Shown here: one piece after another, positions 28,260 to 40,622 of the stretch | How the letters are laid out: each line of letters starts with the position of its first letter | How positions within the stretch are numbered: position 1 is the stretch's first letter | Assembly (NCBI GenBank): GCA_951406725.2 | Contig: OX597826.1 | Coordinates: 39,556,001 to 39,620,000 of the forward strand | Length of the DNA: 64,000 nt | DNA from: Octopus vulgaris | Taxonomy: Eukaryota | Reading direction: 5' to 3' | Made by a program: the position numbers and the translations under genes | The notes under the pieces: generated by a model | What the model was told of the DNA's origin: nothing | Seen by the model: only the letters and a program-made list of their open reading frames with translations | The model's database searches: none

Positions 28260-28427
28260 CTGTGTCATTAATTTTCAAAGATTTTACATAGATGTGCTTA
28301 CAACATTCCCATGTGTCATTGAAAGTGACGCAGGACTGAAGATCGGTCTCAATCAGGTCTTTGAATGCTTCCTTATTTAACTGCAGGCCAATAGATTTCC
28401 ACAACTTTGAGTTTATATTTGCAGATA
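28260..28427 (-). CDS. Gene A exon 2, DUF4773-like protein
   Basis: catttag| ... ACA G|gtaaga, 168 nt, phase 1-1; (V)SANINSKLWKSIGLQLNKEAFKDLIETDLQSCVTFNDTWECCKHIYVKSLKINDT; homologous to 47499-47672. Confidence 0.92.
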
Positions 28428-29383
28428 CTAAATGACATTCAAAGTAAAGGAAATGGAAAAGTTAGTGAAATATGAAATATAAAAAAACACATGGTTCATG
28501 TAAAAAACATATAATACACAATATAATACATATAAAAAATATATACAGCTATATTGACTCAGTTTTCAAAATAGAAGCATGTGTGTGTATGTGTGTATGT
28601 TTGTGTGTTTGTGCATGTGTGCACAAGTATAAACTTGTACGTACATATATATGACAGCCAACCCATTGCACATATGATTATTGCTCCTGGAAAAAAAACT
28701 CTGAGAAAATTGCAGAAGGTAGGTTAAGTACAAAATCGATAGTACTTTCTGATTGAGATATATAATAGTTATAAGTATCAATACATCGTATAGAGAAAAT
28801 ACTTGCTCAACCTATGAAATCCTTGCCTGTGGTAGAATTTCTTTGTCAATGCCAAACACACATGGCCTAAAGAAAACAGAGTATAGGATAGCATAGTTCA
28901 CAGGAAAACTTAGTTACTTAATTAATAATACTGAATGGACATAAGTATTGACTTCTAGAAGTGATCATTTGTAGCTAAAGGTAGGGTGTTTTACTTTTAG
29001 GTACCACAATATCGTAACTGAAGTATCTTTGTTTAAATTTACACTTCACACTTTACCTACCATTAGACACATAGGTTTATGAAACATGAAAAAATTGTGA
29101 ACTGATTGGTAACCTTTTTGTGTTCTATATCTTTTGGATGTAGAACTGTCCATTTCAGTACTTGAATTTATAAATTGATTGCTTAATCTCTTTCGATTTC
29201 TCATCTCACCCTCTCCTTTTGGCATAAAACGGTCAAATGTGAAAAGGTAAGTTTTCTCTTTCTCTCCATGTCTCACACACTTACTCTCTCTCTCTCTATC
29301 TATTGATCTATGTGTGTACATGAGAATATATCTATAGAAAGCTTATAGATATATACTCAAGCACACACACACACACATATATG

Positions 29384-29716
29384 TGAAGATGCATGGCTCA
29401 GTGGTTAGAGCGTCGAGCTTACGATCGTGAGGATGTGAGTTCGAATCCCAGACCGGGCTGTGTGTTGTGTTCTTGAGGAAGACACTATATTTCACGTTGC
29501 TCCAGTTCACTCAGCTGTAGAAATGAGTAGCAACGTCACAGGTGCCAAGCTGTATCTGCTGTTGCCTTTCCCTTGGATAACACTGGTGGCATGGAGAGGG
29601 GAGGCCGGTATGCATCGTATGCTGGTCTTCCATAAACAACCTTGCCCGGACTTGTGCTTGGGAGGGTAACTTTCTAGGTGCAATCCAACGGTCAGTCATG
29701 ACCGAAGGAGGTCTCA
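29384..29716 (+). mobile_element. tRNA-derived SINE
   Basis: tggctcagtggttagagcg...gagttcgaatccca head (A and B boxes). Confidence 0.8.
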
Positions 29717-29943
29717 AGATATATATATATATGCATATTACCTCAATACATCTGACTAATATAGGCAGAATGAGATACCTTTATCTGCAGGCTGAAACAG
29801 TATTATTATCTTACATATTGATGTATATTGCTTTGTTTTGTTGGATTTGGATGTTCCTATTTATGTAGTTAATAAATAATATGAATTGGTAGTATCTGTA
29901 AGGCGATGATTGAAATGAATCTGTTCCTCCATTTTCTTATTTG

Positions 29944-29988
<45 letters not shown>

Positions 29989-31179
29989 AGAGAGAGAGAG
30001 AGAGAGAGATATAGATATTTGAATGATTTTGTCAGGTGGTGCTATTAAGTTAAACATGGCCTGAGCTAATACTGGCTGAAACCTATCAAAGTATATATAT
30101 ATATATATATATAGGAGAACAAAGTGTATGTACACAGCTATATATATATATAAAATAATATACAAAATGGGACAAGAACGCAAAACATCTGGACAACTAG
30201 GTGATACAAAAGGGAACAACAAAACATCCAGATAGACGATACAAAAAAAAACATGGACAGGTCATTCGAAGCCTTTTATCTTCAGTCAAGAACTGGATCA
30301 TCCTCGCAATTTCTGCTGATTGATCTTGAGATTGCTCCAATCTGGTCAGTCCCAGATCATTCTCTATGTCCCATATATAGATATAATGACTTATAGATCG
30401 ATGGTATTAATACAATCTCTCCTTTTCTTTCCCATGTCTTTATTTCTGCAGAGATATATCCACTCATAGATCAATACAATTTTACACCCCTTTTTCTCTT
30501 TCTTTTTTCATATCTCATTATCTCCTTCCCTATCTGTCCCTCTCTCTGAATATATACAGGAGAAATGGCCAACAATCACACTAAAGATGTCTTAAAACTG
30601 GGGAAGTGCAGAGATGAAATCATTTTTGAAAGGTTGGCAAATATCTGAAAGGGGCAATCCCAAGTAATATAATGGCAGCACTAAAGACCAATGTTTATAC
30701 AAGGACCACAGCTCAGATAGAGTGAAAGAATCAAGGAATCATCCATTCCTACGCTCTCATCAGACCTCATTTAGCATCCATGACACCATCTTTGAAAACA
30801 AATGCAAAATAGATGACAAGGATGGAGATACTGATATAAGTGAGAGATGTTCCCCTGGCTCAACTGACCCACAAGGGAACAAAGATCAAACCATGAGTAA
30901 GAGACCTGCCAAGAAAAGGCAGCAAGCTGGCAAAATTGCTAGCACACCGGGCGAAATGCTTAGCAGTATTTTTTCTGCCGTTACATTCTGAGATCAAATT
31001 CCGCCAAGGTCGACTTTGCCTTTCATCCTTTCGGGGTCGATTAAATACATACCAGTTATGCACTGGGGTTGATATAATCGACTTAATCTGTTTGTCCCCT
31101 TGTGGGTAGAAAAGAAATAAGAGACCTGCCAAGGAAGGAGACTCCAGCACTAATGGCCTTCCCACCACCAATGTGAACA

Positions 31180-31870
31180 ACTAAACAGACATGACCATAC
31201 CAGTGCAGTCGTCTCTCTTGCATACCACATCTGATGCTTCTTAGGTCCAACTTTTCTCTCAAGGTACTAACACTCTGTCGAATATGCACACTGACATTAC
31301 ACATCCATCGGAGCATACTGACTTCATTCCTTGTCAGCTTACGCATGTCCTCAGCAGTCACAGCCCATGTTTCACTGCCATGTAGCATGGCTGTTTGTAC
31401 ACATGCGTCATACAGTCTACCTTTTACTCTGAACGAGAGGCCCTTTGTTACCAACAGAGGTAAGAGCTCTCTGAACTTTGCTCAGGTTATTCTTATTCTA
31501 GCAACTACATTTTAAGCGCACTCTTCCCCGCTACTAACTTAGTAACCTAGGTAACAGAAGCTATCAACTACTTCTAATTTTTCTCCCTGTAATGTGGCGG
31601 AAGTTGCTCTTTGCACATTTTCAGTGTTTATTGCTCCTGAGCATCCGCCACATACAAAAACTATCTTCCCAGTTAACCTTTCTTTGATATTGCTGCACCT
31701 CTTGTGTGTCTATAACTTACACTGGGAACATCTTATAGAGTTTCTACCTACGCCTTTTCTACAGATTGAACAGGGCCATCTACTGGAAGGGTTTTGTGGT
31801 TTGCCTGCCCTCCTACTTATTAGGACTTTGATTTTAGCTAGGTTGACTGTAAGGCCCTTCGATTCTAATC
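31180..31870 (-). mobile_element. RTE-like LINE C-terminal fragment
   Basis: KGRLYDACVQTAMLHGSETW..MLRWMC..RRLHWYGHV. Confidence 0.88.
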
Positions 31871-31899
31871 ATATACTGTTATTACTGAGAGCATCCTCT

Positions 31900-33100
31900 A
31901 ACATGTGGCAGTTGGTGAAGAATGGAGTTTGATGTAGCTACCCTCATTTGCACCTCTTGCTGTGAAGCAGGTTCATCTGGGACTCTTGACAGGAAGTGGT
32001 CCAGCCTTGATTTGAAAAAGCCTACATCCACTGTGTGCAGGTTCCTCAGGCTCTTTAGGAGAATATTAAGCTGTGGGCCCTAAAACCCAGGCTGTTCCAG
32101 TAACTGGTCCTGAAGCACGATGACATTGCTAGGATCTTTGGCACTGTGCAGTGTTGACCTGTTCTGGCATTGTTGTAGCTTTCAATGCCAAAATTTGGCA
32201 CAATTCCTTCCAGGATCTTCCAGATGTATATTACTGCATACCTCTCCTGTCTTCACTCCAGGGAGTAGAATCTTAGCTGTTTCAGCCTTTCCCAGTAGCT
32301 GAGCTGTTGCAAAGAGACAATCTTCTTTGTGAAGCTTCGCTGGATTGCTTCAAGGTCTGCTATTAATTTTACACTGTTGGGTGATCATAGCTGGGAGCAG
32401 CAATCCAGGCAGCTGAGGACGAATATCCTCCAGAGGACCATCATGGTTTCCTTTTCTCTGATTCTGAATGTTCTCAGGATCCATCCAGCCAGTCCCCACT
32501 TTGTTGCCAACCTGGTACTTGGAAAGAAGTATCATCACACATGTCGATACCCAGGTCCCTCACTGATTTAGGCTCTGGGATTGTAATTCCCTGTGGACCA
32601 GTGTACCCTGTAAGTTTCATATTCAGTTGTGGGTGCTGGTAGCACAGGGCTTAGTATTTTTGAGCATTAAACTGCATATTATTATCCTCAGTCCATCTGT
32701 AAATTGAGTCCAACTCCTGCTGCAGATGTGCAAAATCACTGGAGTTCTGTATTTTCTGTGAGACTTTCGTATCGTCTGCGTTGCTAGCAAGGGTGGCTAT
32801 CCAGGCAGTTGAGGGCATATCTGAGAGAGCCACTATGAAAAGCAGTAGTCCCACGACAGTGCCCTGTGGAACACTGCTCACTATTTGTGTTTTCATTGAT
32901 GTGGCTCCATTGGCCACTACTGCCTAACTTTCAGAAAGTCATGTAACCACTCTCCTAGTTTTCCAGCTATACCTAGATCATGCAGTTTGTGGCATATCTT
33001 ATCTTGATCCACTTTATCAAAAACTTTTGCAAAATCAAGGTATATTACGTCTACCTTTGAGTTGTTGAGTAACTGCCTCAGCACTCAGTCATAATGTTGT
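31900..33100 (-). mobile_element. CR1/L2/Jockey-group LINE RT fragment
   Basis: YLDFAKVFDKV-like segment, SSVPQGTVVGLLLF..ADDTKV..NMQFN. Confidence 0.8.
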
Positions 33101-33289
33101 TAGAGCTGGACCAGGCAGCCCCTATCTGGTCGAAAACCAGTGAAGTCAGAGATAGGCCTTTAGTTTTTAGCATCTGCTCTGCTTCCCCTTTTATGGATTG
33201 GGCATATTATTCCCTCCTCCAGCTTGCTTGGCAACCTGCCATTTGCAAGAAAGCTCTGGAAGAGAATCTGGAGAGGTTTTGCCTGGGCA

Positions 33290-34025
33290 CGCTTGTATAA
33301 CCTACCACAGCTACCATGGGATGGAGTATGCGCAGTCTTTGGTCATATTCTCTTCTATTCGTGGTTTTACTTGAAGGAAATATTTGCAAAGTATTGTATT
33401 ACTCTTGAATACTGTCCTGATGTCATATGGGCTGCATATCTTTTGTATCTTTGCAGGTGGTAGGTTATACAAAGGCAAAACATTTTGTCCCCTGAAAATA
33501 AGGGTAGATGAATATTGCAAGGCTGTGACACGAGGAGATATAGATAAATTGGGTATAGCTGATCATGTATGGAAAAATGGAAACCACTTCCCCCTGTGGG
33601 ATGAACTCAAAGTAATAGATAGAGAACACCAGTGGAAAATATGAAAACTAAAAGAAGCAGCACATATGTTAGGACACAACAACCTCCTAAGCCGGCCATC
33701 TGCAGATATGAGTAGCATATGAGAACTGGTATAAAGGAAGGATAGGAAAATTTTATACTTATAAGCCCTAAAATTCAATCCATAATTGCCCACCAGCATA
33801 TGTTGTAGTGGTTAAGAGCACGGGCTACTAACCCCAATATTCTGAGTTCGATTTCCAGGCAATGACCTGAATAATAATAATAACATTGAAAAATATCTTT
33901 GGAATGAGAACCCAGGTTCGAAATTTCCCCCAGACATCTGATAAAGGCTGGAGGGTATATCAGCCGAAACGTTGTGTTAACAACAAACAAGATGAGGACA
34001 AATATCCGTCAAGTGTAAATAATGT
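33290..34025 (+). mobile_element. Penelope-like 3' fragment: GIY-YIG with 5' inversion, tRNA-like segment and hammerhead-like motif
   Basis: Plus: GRLYKGKTFCPLKIRVDEY..GIADHVW..REHQWK. The upstream part (KDCAYSIP) is on the minus strand. Hammerhead-like core at 33933-33978. Confidence 0.8.
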
Positions 34026-34629
34026 TTTCTGAACCCCAAAAAGGGGGCCAATGGAATTCAGTGAACGATAAGAAAAAGATTTCCAATGATTCCGGGATAT
34101 GGGGGGGGGGGTTTCCAGCCCACCTTTTTTTACGAACAAAAGTAAGGGGTTTGCTGCATATTTGGAGGTTAGGGTACTTGATCCCATGCAAAAAAAAATC
34201 CGAGTTTTATTTTTTACTCAGTGATAATTGTGCGGGTGAAATTTCCGAAGCTTCCACCCAACCCCGTTTCCCGGACCCCAAACATGGAGTCACGAGAATT
34301 CGGTCAATGAAAAGAAAAAAAATTTCCAATGATTCCGGGATATGGGGGTGGGCGGTGTCCGATTTCCACCCCCTCCCCACCACCACCACGACCTTTTTTC
34401 CGAAGAAAAATAAGTAGTTTGCAGCATATAAGGAAGTCAGGGTACTTGATTACACGCAAAAAATCCGAGTTTTTTTTTTTCTTAGTGAAAATCGTGCCGA
34501 TGAAAGGATCAAAGTGTACCTGTCTTGTCAAAGTCACACCTATGGTGAAAAGCTTCAGAAGGTTTATAAGTCAGAAGCTTTTTCTGACTTATAACCTTCC
34601 AACTTTATCCTTGTTTTATTTATTTATTT

Positions 34630-34843
34630 GGTACAACTTAAGTGCAGAGGTCTCTCTTAACGGTGCTACTTAAATATAGGTGTCACGTACAAAACATTTT
34701 AAACGTACGCTGTGTAGACGTGTAATGACAGCCTAACCTTAACCCAAATATCGTTACGTAGATAGATCGTTCATATCGTTACGTAGATAGATCGTTCATA
34801 TCGTTACGTTGATACATCGGGACCTCTGCATTTAAGTAGTCAC
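34630..34843. mobile_element. Second Merlin-like MITE with internal 25-bp tandem repeat
   Basis: TIRs acttaagtgcagagg / cctctgcatttaagt; 8-bp atttattt on both flanks (low complexity); (atatcgttacgtagatagatcgttc) x about 2.5. Confidence 0.6.
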
Positions 34844-35078
34844 ATTTATTTTTTTTTTATTAGTCTCCTTATTTTATTAATGTTTTTAAAGACAGCTGGG
34901 TGTGATTTAAAAGACGATATAACTGTTGCTTGTAGCACATCGATCGATCGCGTCTTGTTATTTACATCCTTATGAAATAGTTTGTTATGCGTTTATCGTT
35001 TATAACATTGGGCCCCACATTAAAGGTTACAACACCACTTCGTATTAGAGAGAGACAGAAGAAAAGATACATACTAAC

Positions 35079-35148
35079 CTTGTTGTGTTGAGAACAGTTC
35101 GGTGCCAAGAAAACAAACAACAAACAGAAACACTAACGTTGCAGCCAT
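35079..35148 (-). CDS. Gene A exon 1 (signal peptide) of DUF4773-like secreted cysteine-rich protein
   Basis: Minus strand ATG GCT GCA...CAA CAA G|gttagt gives MAATLVFLFVVCFLGTELFSTQQ. Hydrophobic signal peptide; the phase-1 donor matches the exon 2 phase; parallels exon 1 of gene B. Confidence 0.85.
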
Positions 35149-35176
35149 AGTCGCTAAGCCTGCCTCGACCAGGATA

Positions 35177-35206
35177 TGTTACTGACGGTGTAAGAGCAAT
35201 TTTATG
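35177..35206 (-). promoter_or_regulatory. Gene A putative core promoter: CATAAAA plus CGTCAGTAACA motif
   Basis: Identical 11-mer 29 nt upstream of the ATG (31 nt in gene B); contains an Inr-like TCAGT. Confidence 0.45.
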
Positions 35207-35352
35207 ACAGCATTTTATTAGTTCCGGCAAGATAATTGCTATAAGCAAATTTATAAACAAAGATAAGAAAGTTGATTTCAGATTTGAGTACATAGCAACA
35301 CATCTCTGGGTGGGGGCTAGTCGATGCCATTGACTCCAGCAATTTGACTGAG

Positions 35353-35458
<106 letters not shown>

Positions 35459-37109
35459 ATGTATGTATGTGTGTATGTGTGTGTATGTATGTATGTATGT
35501 ATGTATGTGTGTATGTATGTATGTATGTATGTATGTGTGTATGTATGTATGTATGTATGTATTGTATGTATGTATGTATGTATGTATGTATGTACATACG
35601 TACGTACGTATGTTACGGCTGTCTTTCAATTCTCGTGTATCGAATCCATTCACAAGATATTGTTCGGCCGGGGCCAAAAAGACACTTCCCCCAAAAAGTG
35701 GCTTGGTGGGACTGAACGCGATATCATATTGATGGGAAGCGATCTTTTTAACCACTCATCCGTGCCATACATACTACTTTTTTCTTTTTTGTTTCATGCA
35801 TTGTGGACATGCTAGGGTACTTACTATTTAGAAGGCTTTTAGTCGAACACCCCCCACCCTCCCATCACACACACACACTTTCATATACACACTTGTGTGA
35901 ATGTTTGTGGATGTCAATGTGTATCTGTGTGTAAGAACTTGGTTTAATTTCACAAGGTTCGGCTTTTACCCAGTAAATTCTTTGAACTCAAGTTAAAAAG
36001 GAAATCGATATTTTGTTGCTCGGCTTTTATCCGGTAAATTCTTTGAACTAAATCAAGTTAAAAAGGAAATAGATTTTTTGTTGGAATATTATAACGAAAA
36101 CAAAAAGCAAAGAAAGAAACAAACAAACAAATAATTCTGTTGTTTCTGTTTAAATTGAAAATTTGGGGATCTGGTTTAATTTGTTCCAGTCACTTGAAGT
36201 TTTCCGATTTTCTCCAGATTATTTTCCCCAAAAATGTAGTGTTGATATAGATTTGTATGTTGATGCATATCTAGATAAAATGAAAACTCGTTTACATTTT
36301 TATTTGGAAATAAATGATAAATAGGTGCAAGATTGCTTCTCAGTCTTGTGGCTATGATCAAGGTCTAATATCTATTCCCATCAGTTTAATAAATAGGTGC
36401 AAGCGTAACTGTGTGGTAAGAAGCTTGCTTCCCAACCAAATGGTTCCCAGTTCAGTCCCGCTGCATGGTATCTTGTGAAAGAATTTGGTAGACGGAAACT
36501 GAAAAACCCGTCGTATATATACATATCTGTGTGTGTGTTCGTGTCAGTGTTTACCCTGCAGACACCGCTTGACAATTGGTGTTAGTTTGTTTACATCCCC
36601 GTAACTTAAGCCGTTCGGCTAAGTGAGACAGAATAAGTACCTGGCTTAAAGAAAAAGAAAGAAGAGTACTGGGTCGATTCATTCGACCAACAGTTCTTCA
36701 AGGCGGTGCCCAGCAAGGCCATGTTCTAATGCCTGAAACAGGTAAAAGATAAAGATAAAAGTCACAAGCATTTAAAATTATGTAATTTTTAGCCTGTCAA
36801 AAGCACCCGGTGTTCATATTCTCGTCTCTACTGAGCACAATGGAAAGACATGATAATCTCCATGGCAATACAGATACGCACAAAACAAAACCTTTATGTA
36901 ATATCTCGACTTGCTAGAAATACCAGCCAGATTTTCCTTGACGAAAAGCGAAAAAAAATGGTGGTAACCAATTCTTTCTCTCTCACCATATCAATCACGT
37001 TTCGCGAGTGGTGAGTTCGATAAAATATTACATCAGTGGAGATTAATTTTTATTCACTGTAGTTCTGATATAGTTTTGCATACTGATGACAAAAATCGCT
37101 GCCATCTTT

Positions 37110-37538
37110 GGATCTTTTCGGTTTGACCGGCAGTTTTTTAAAGTAATTTCCACGTAACTAAACACTTTTAAACTTCGTATACTGGTAGAATGTGTTTATA
37201 AAACATCTTTTTCTCTTGGCTTTATTGAGAAAATTCTATAGTTTGTAAGATATTTGTTGTTTTTTTCTTCAATTTCTGCAATTTCAACCAATCAATGACA
37301 TCTATTAAAGTGAAAACATTCTGTGCCGTATGAATATGTCGCTCGTTTAAGAAACAGATTGGGTTTATTTACATTTCTGAAGAAAAAAGATACCCTTCCC
37401 CCCACTAACCCTAACCCTAATTCTAACCCTAACTCTTAAACAGATTGAAATGCAATAGATCGATACTAGGGTCATAATTATGGGTGACAATTTCATATGA
37501 CACCGCTAGAAAAACTGTCGTTCATACCGAAAAGATCC
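37110..37538. mobile_element. Merlin-like MITE
   Basis: About 30-bp TIRs GGATCTTTTCGGT.../...ACCGAAAAGATCC; 8-bp TSD ccatcttt/tcatcttt; internal (CCCTAA)-like tract. Confidence 0.75.
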
Positions 37539-38329
37539 TCATCTTTTTTTTTCTTTTTCATATTCTAGAAATTATTAATAAAACAATCACAAGTGTTTAA
37601 AATTATGTAATTTTAACCAATCGAGCATTCGATTGCCGAATATACCGGAAGTTGTGATTATCTGTCTCCTCATGGGAACATCAAGCATTAAACCTTTACA
37701 TGGTCTCTCGAACTGCTAGAAATAGTAGCGAAATCTTCCTCAGCCCATACCATAACTTCTTAAAAAACAGAACAAAAGGGAAGACATTGTGCCACATCTA
37801 AATTAAATTTAGTCTTCACATATCTAATCTTTTATGGAACTTACGATCGTGTTAAAACGCTTGCTGGACCCCACAGATCGATTATTAAATGTACTGTTCC
37901 CTGTTCCCTTATAAAGAAAACGGTGGCGGTGGTGGTTGCGGAGAAAGGCTTGGTAACCAAAGTTATTACGACACTTGCACAACAGTGACAATTCTGACAG
38001 ATAATGGATGATGCAGCATGAAGTGTAGAGTTGATGACGACGACTATTATGACGATGGTGGTGGTATTGATGATATTCTTTCTCCACCATCAAACATTGT
38101 AAATCAATTTTAAGAAGAAAGTACATTTAAATATCGATCTGGGCGCCCAGTAAGTGTTTTAAGAGTCTTAATGCGATAAAACTTCCATCCGTGGAGCTTG
38201 ACTTTAATCTAAATGTAAAAAGATATCTAATAAAAAGTATTGCCAAGATATGAAAGAATAAAATCTCAAATCTTGAAATAAAACTGAACATACATACAAT
38301 ACTGAGCATACATACAATAGAGAAATATC

Positions 38330-39700
38330 TAAAAAAAAAAAAAAAAAGCTTGTCAGAGTGCCTCATGGTCCCAGCAGACAAAATGTAAAAGGCATTGCCT
38401 CGGAGGATGACGAAGGAGATGCGCTGGAACAGCCACTCTGACTCAAGGTGTTTGCACTTGCGAATGGCCTTCTCCACCTCGATAGCGATGAGCAGGAATA
38501 TTGTCCGAGACCGGAGAGCGCCGGGGTCTCCACCGCTACAAAAGTTCGATCATAAACCTATCAGAGAGCGGGCAATACCTTGTCAGATTACCCTTCTTGA
38601 TCTGACGAACAGCGATACTTTTGTAACGGCAGAAATTGGTTGGTAAACAAATTTATGATATGTTGGAGTGAGCAGATGCAACGATAAAAATTTGTTGTTA
38701 GGATGGCAAGTTGTAAGATGAGGAAAATGAACAATGCATGAAGTTTTAAGAAAGTATTTATTTACCGTTACGTTACAAATACCTTCCCTCGATGAGCAGG
38801 TTTTGATACATCCAAAAGCATGCGAAGTAAAGTAAGTTGCGGTAGAATGTTTCTTTACATAGTTTGACGTATACGAATAGTTAGTAGTAATCCACAGATA
38901 GCGATAGAATGTTGTTGTAGGAGAACAGAATTAGAGCTAGAGATAATTGTAGGGTGCTGACAGTAATTTTTATTTCTCTTGCTGACCATTAAATTTAGAA
39001 GAGGTACTCCTTGTGATCATGATTCTAGCAGTTCTTTCCTTAACTAATTGAGTCGTCTTGAGCTGCCTCGTTCAGTTGTCGACAAGTGACTAACTCCGTT
39101 GAGTCGTCACAACTGTGACGAACTGATTTTTGCTTGGGGTGTGATTGCTTGTATAACTATCCAGAAGGATAGATATATCATTGAGAACAATAGATTTAGT
39201 TGGTGGTCTTGTTATCTCTATTCTAGCTTTTGGTGAAGTAGAAGAGGTTAGAAAGGGTCAAGTAGTGAAAACATTATTTCGGCCTAGCTAAAGGCATCTG
39301 GAAAATATAAAACTGCTGTCAGAGAAAAACCATTGTTCCACCGTAGGAACAGTTCTGTTGCAGTGTTAATTTAAATTTGGCTGTGGTGGATCGAATCCAC
39401 TTCATGGTTGTTGAATAGACCAAGTTGCCATTGTGGAATCCTGCACGAGGGTCCTATCATAGCAGAATGAGAAAATTGTCATACCGTCAGGCTTGGTCTA
39501 CCCCGCTGGCTCAAGCCGGGAAGGGACACCCGCGGAATCTTGGCCATACTTTATAATCTCCTAAAGTGCAGCATGGCGTGAAAAGCGGTAAGAATCCACA
39601 GTGACATTTGTGAGTCTCACAGATCCGGATGTCGTGACTGTCTGCCCCACTCACAGAAACAGCACGGATGAAACCTTTATATGGTCTGTCGACCTGCTAG
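38330..39700 (-). mobile_element. CRE-like LINE 3' fragment split by the LTR copy
   Basis: RHAAL*EIIK..SAGVPSRLEP..KPDGMT (about 39480-39590) and LFQRISFVILRGNA (38395-38440), then a T-run. Confidence 0.75.
38622..39405. mobile_element. Second, truncated copy of the same LTR family
   Basis: Begins TGTAAC; colinear reverse-complement similarity to 48580-49306. Confidence 0.8.
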
Positions 39701-40419
39701 ATAAAAATACGGCCAAATCTCTCTCAGACTATCCCATAACGTCTAAAAAGCAAAAGGGAAGACTCGGATCTGGAGGCCGAGCCTCAGAGCAACATCAATG
39801 AGCAAACAAGCTGAGTGCCAGTCGCGAGTGGAAGCACTGCATTAAGAATTTGATTGGCATCTTCTCTCTTCACGAATCAGTGAATTCCTGTATTGCCTAT
39901 GTGCATGTATGTTTATCTGTTATCGATGACTGTTTGTCTAAATCTTTCAGTGTCTGTAATGCACTTTCTATGTGAGCGTGTGTGCCAGTGAATGTCTGTG
40001 TATGCTAGGAATTTCTTATATTTGTTCTAAAGAGTTGTACGAATGTGTGTAGGTACAATTTACATATTTTATGTGTGGTTTTGTGCGTTGTCTTCGTTAC
40101 TTTGTAATTCGTAGCGGCAACAACATTTTGCAATGCTTTGGTGAATAAAACAAAGTATGGTCCAAGTGAGTGGGCTTACTTCTGAGTGGAGGAGAACTGC
40201 TAGGATGAGGGCGCTTGCCTTACTGGTCAGGATATCTGGGTATTTTTCTCTTTTTTTTTTGTAGGTTTCCATGAGTACACCTCGGAGGTCTCTGATTTGG
40301 AAAACCTTTCTTTGAATTTGTTTTTGTTGTTTCTCTTGATTATACCTTCTTTTATATCGAATGTCACTGTCCTCTATCTTTTTATCATTTCTTGTGGTTA
40401 AGAAACAAAACATTATTAT

Positions 40420-40622
40420 TATTCTGTTGTGTCTGGGAAGAGTCATTCTCTTTTAGTGCCTTATTATTTAACACACTCACCGGTCAAGACTATTGAAAAG
40501 GTTGCAACACGCAACGAAAATTTTAGAAAATAAAAATAAGAAATAAGTGGAAATTTTACCGGTGAGTGTGTTAAATAATAAGGCACTAAAAGAGAATGAC
40601 TCTCCCCAGACACAACAGAATA
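40420..40622. repeat. Inverted repeat, 65-bp arms, 73-bp spacer
   Basis: 40420-40484 vs 40558-40622, one mismatch. Confidence 0.92.

Noticed and set aside
29046-29321. 91-aa minus-strand ORF and a plus-strand aag|gtaagt donor
   Set aside because: No homology recognised and no counterpart in gene B; a single splice-like signal is insufficient.
29779-29865. Alternative first exon for gene A (TATA-like motif plus ag|gtatct donor)
   Set aside because: No in-frame ATG (ATG TAA); the exon at 35079-35148 fits much better and parallels gene B.
37404-37432. Interstitial telomere
   Set aside because: Only a few imperfect CCCTAA units, internal to a TIR-bounded MITE.
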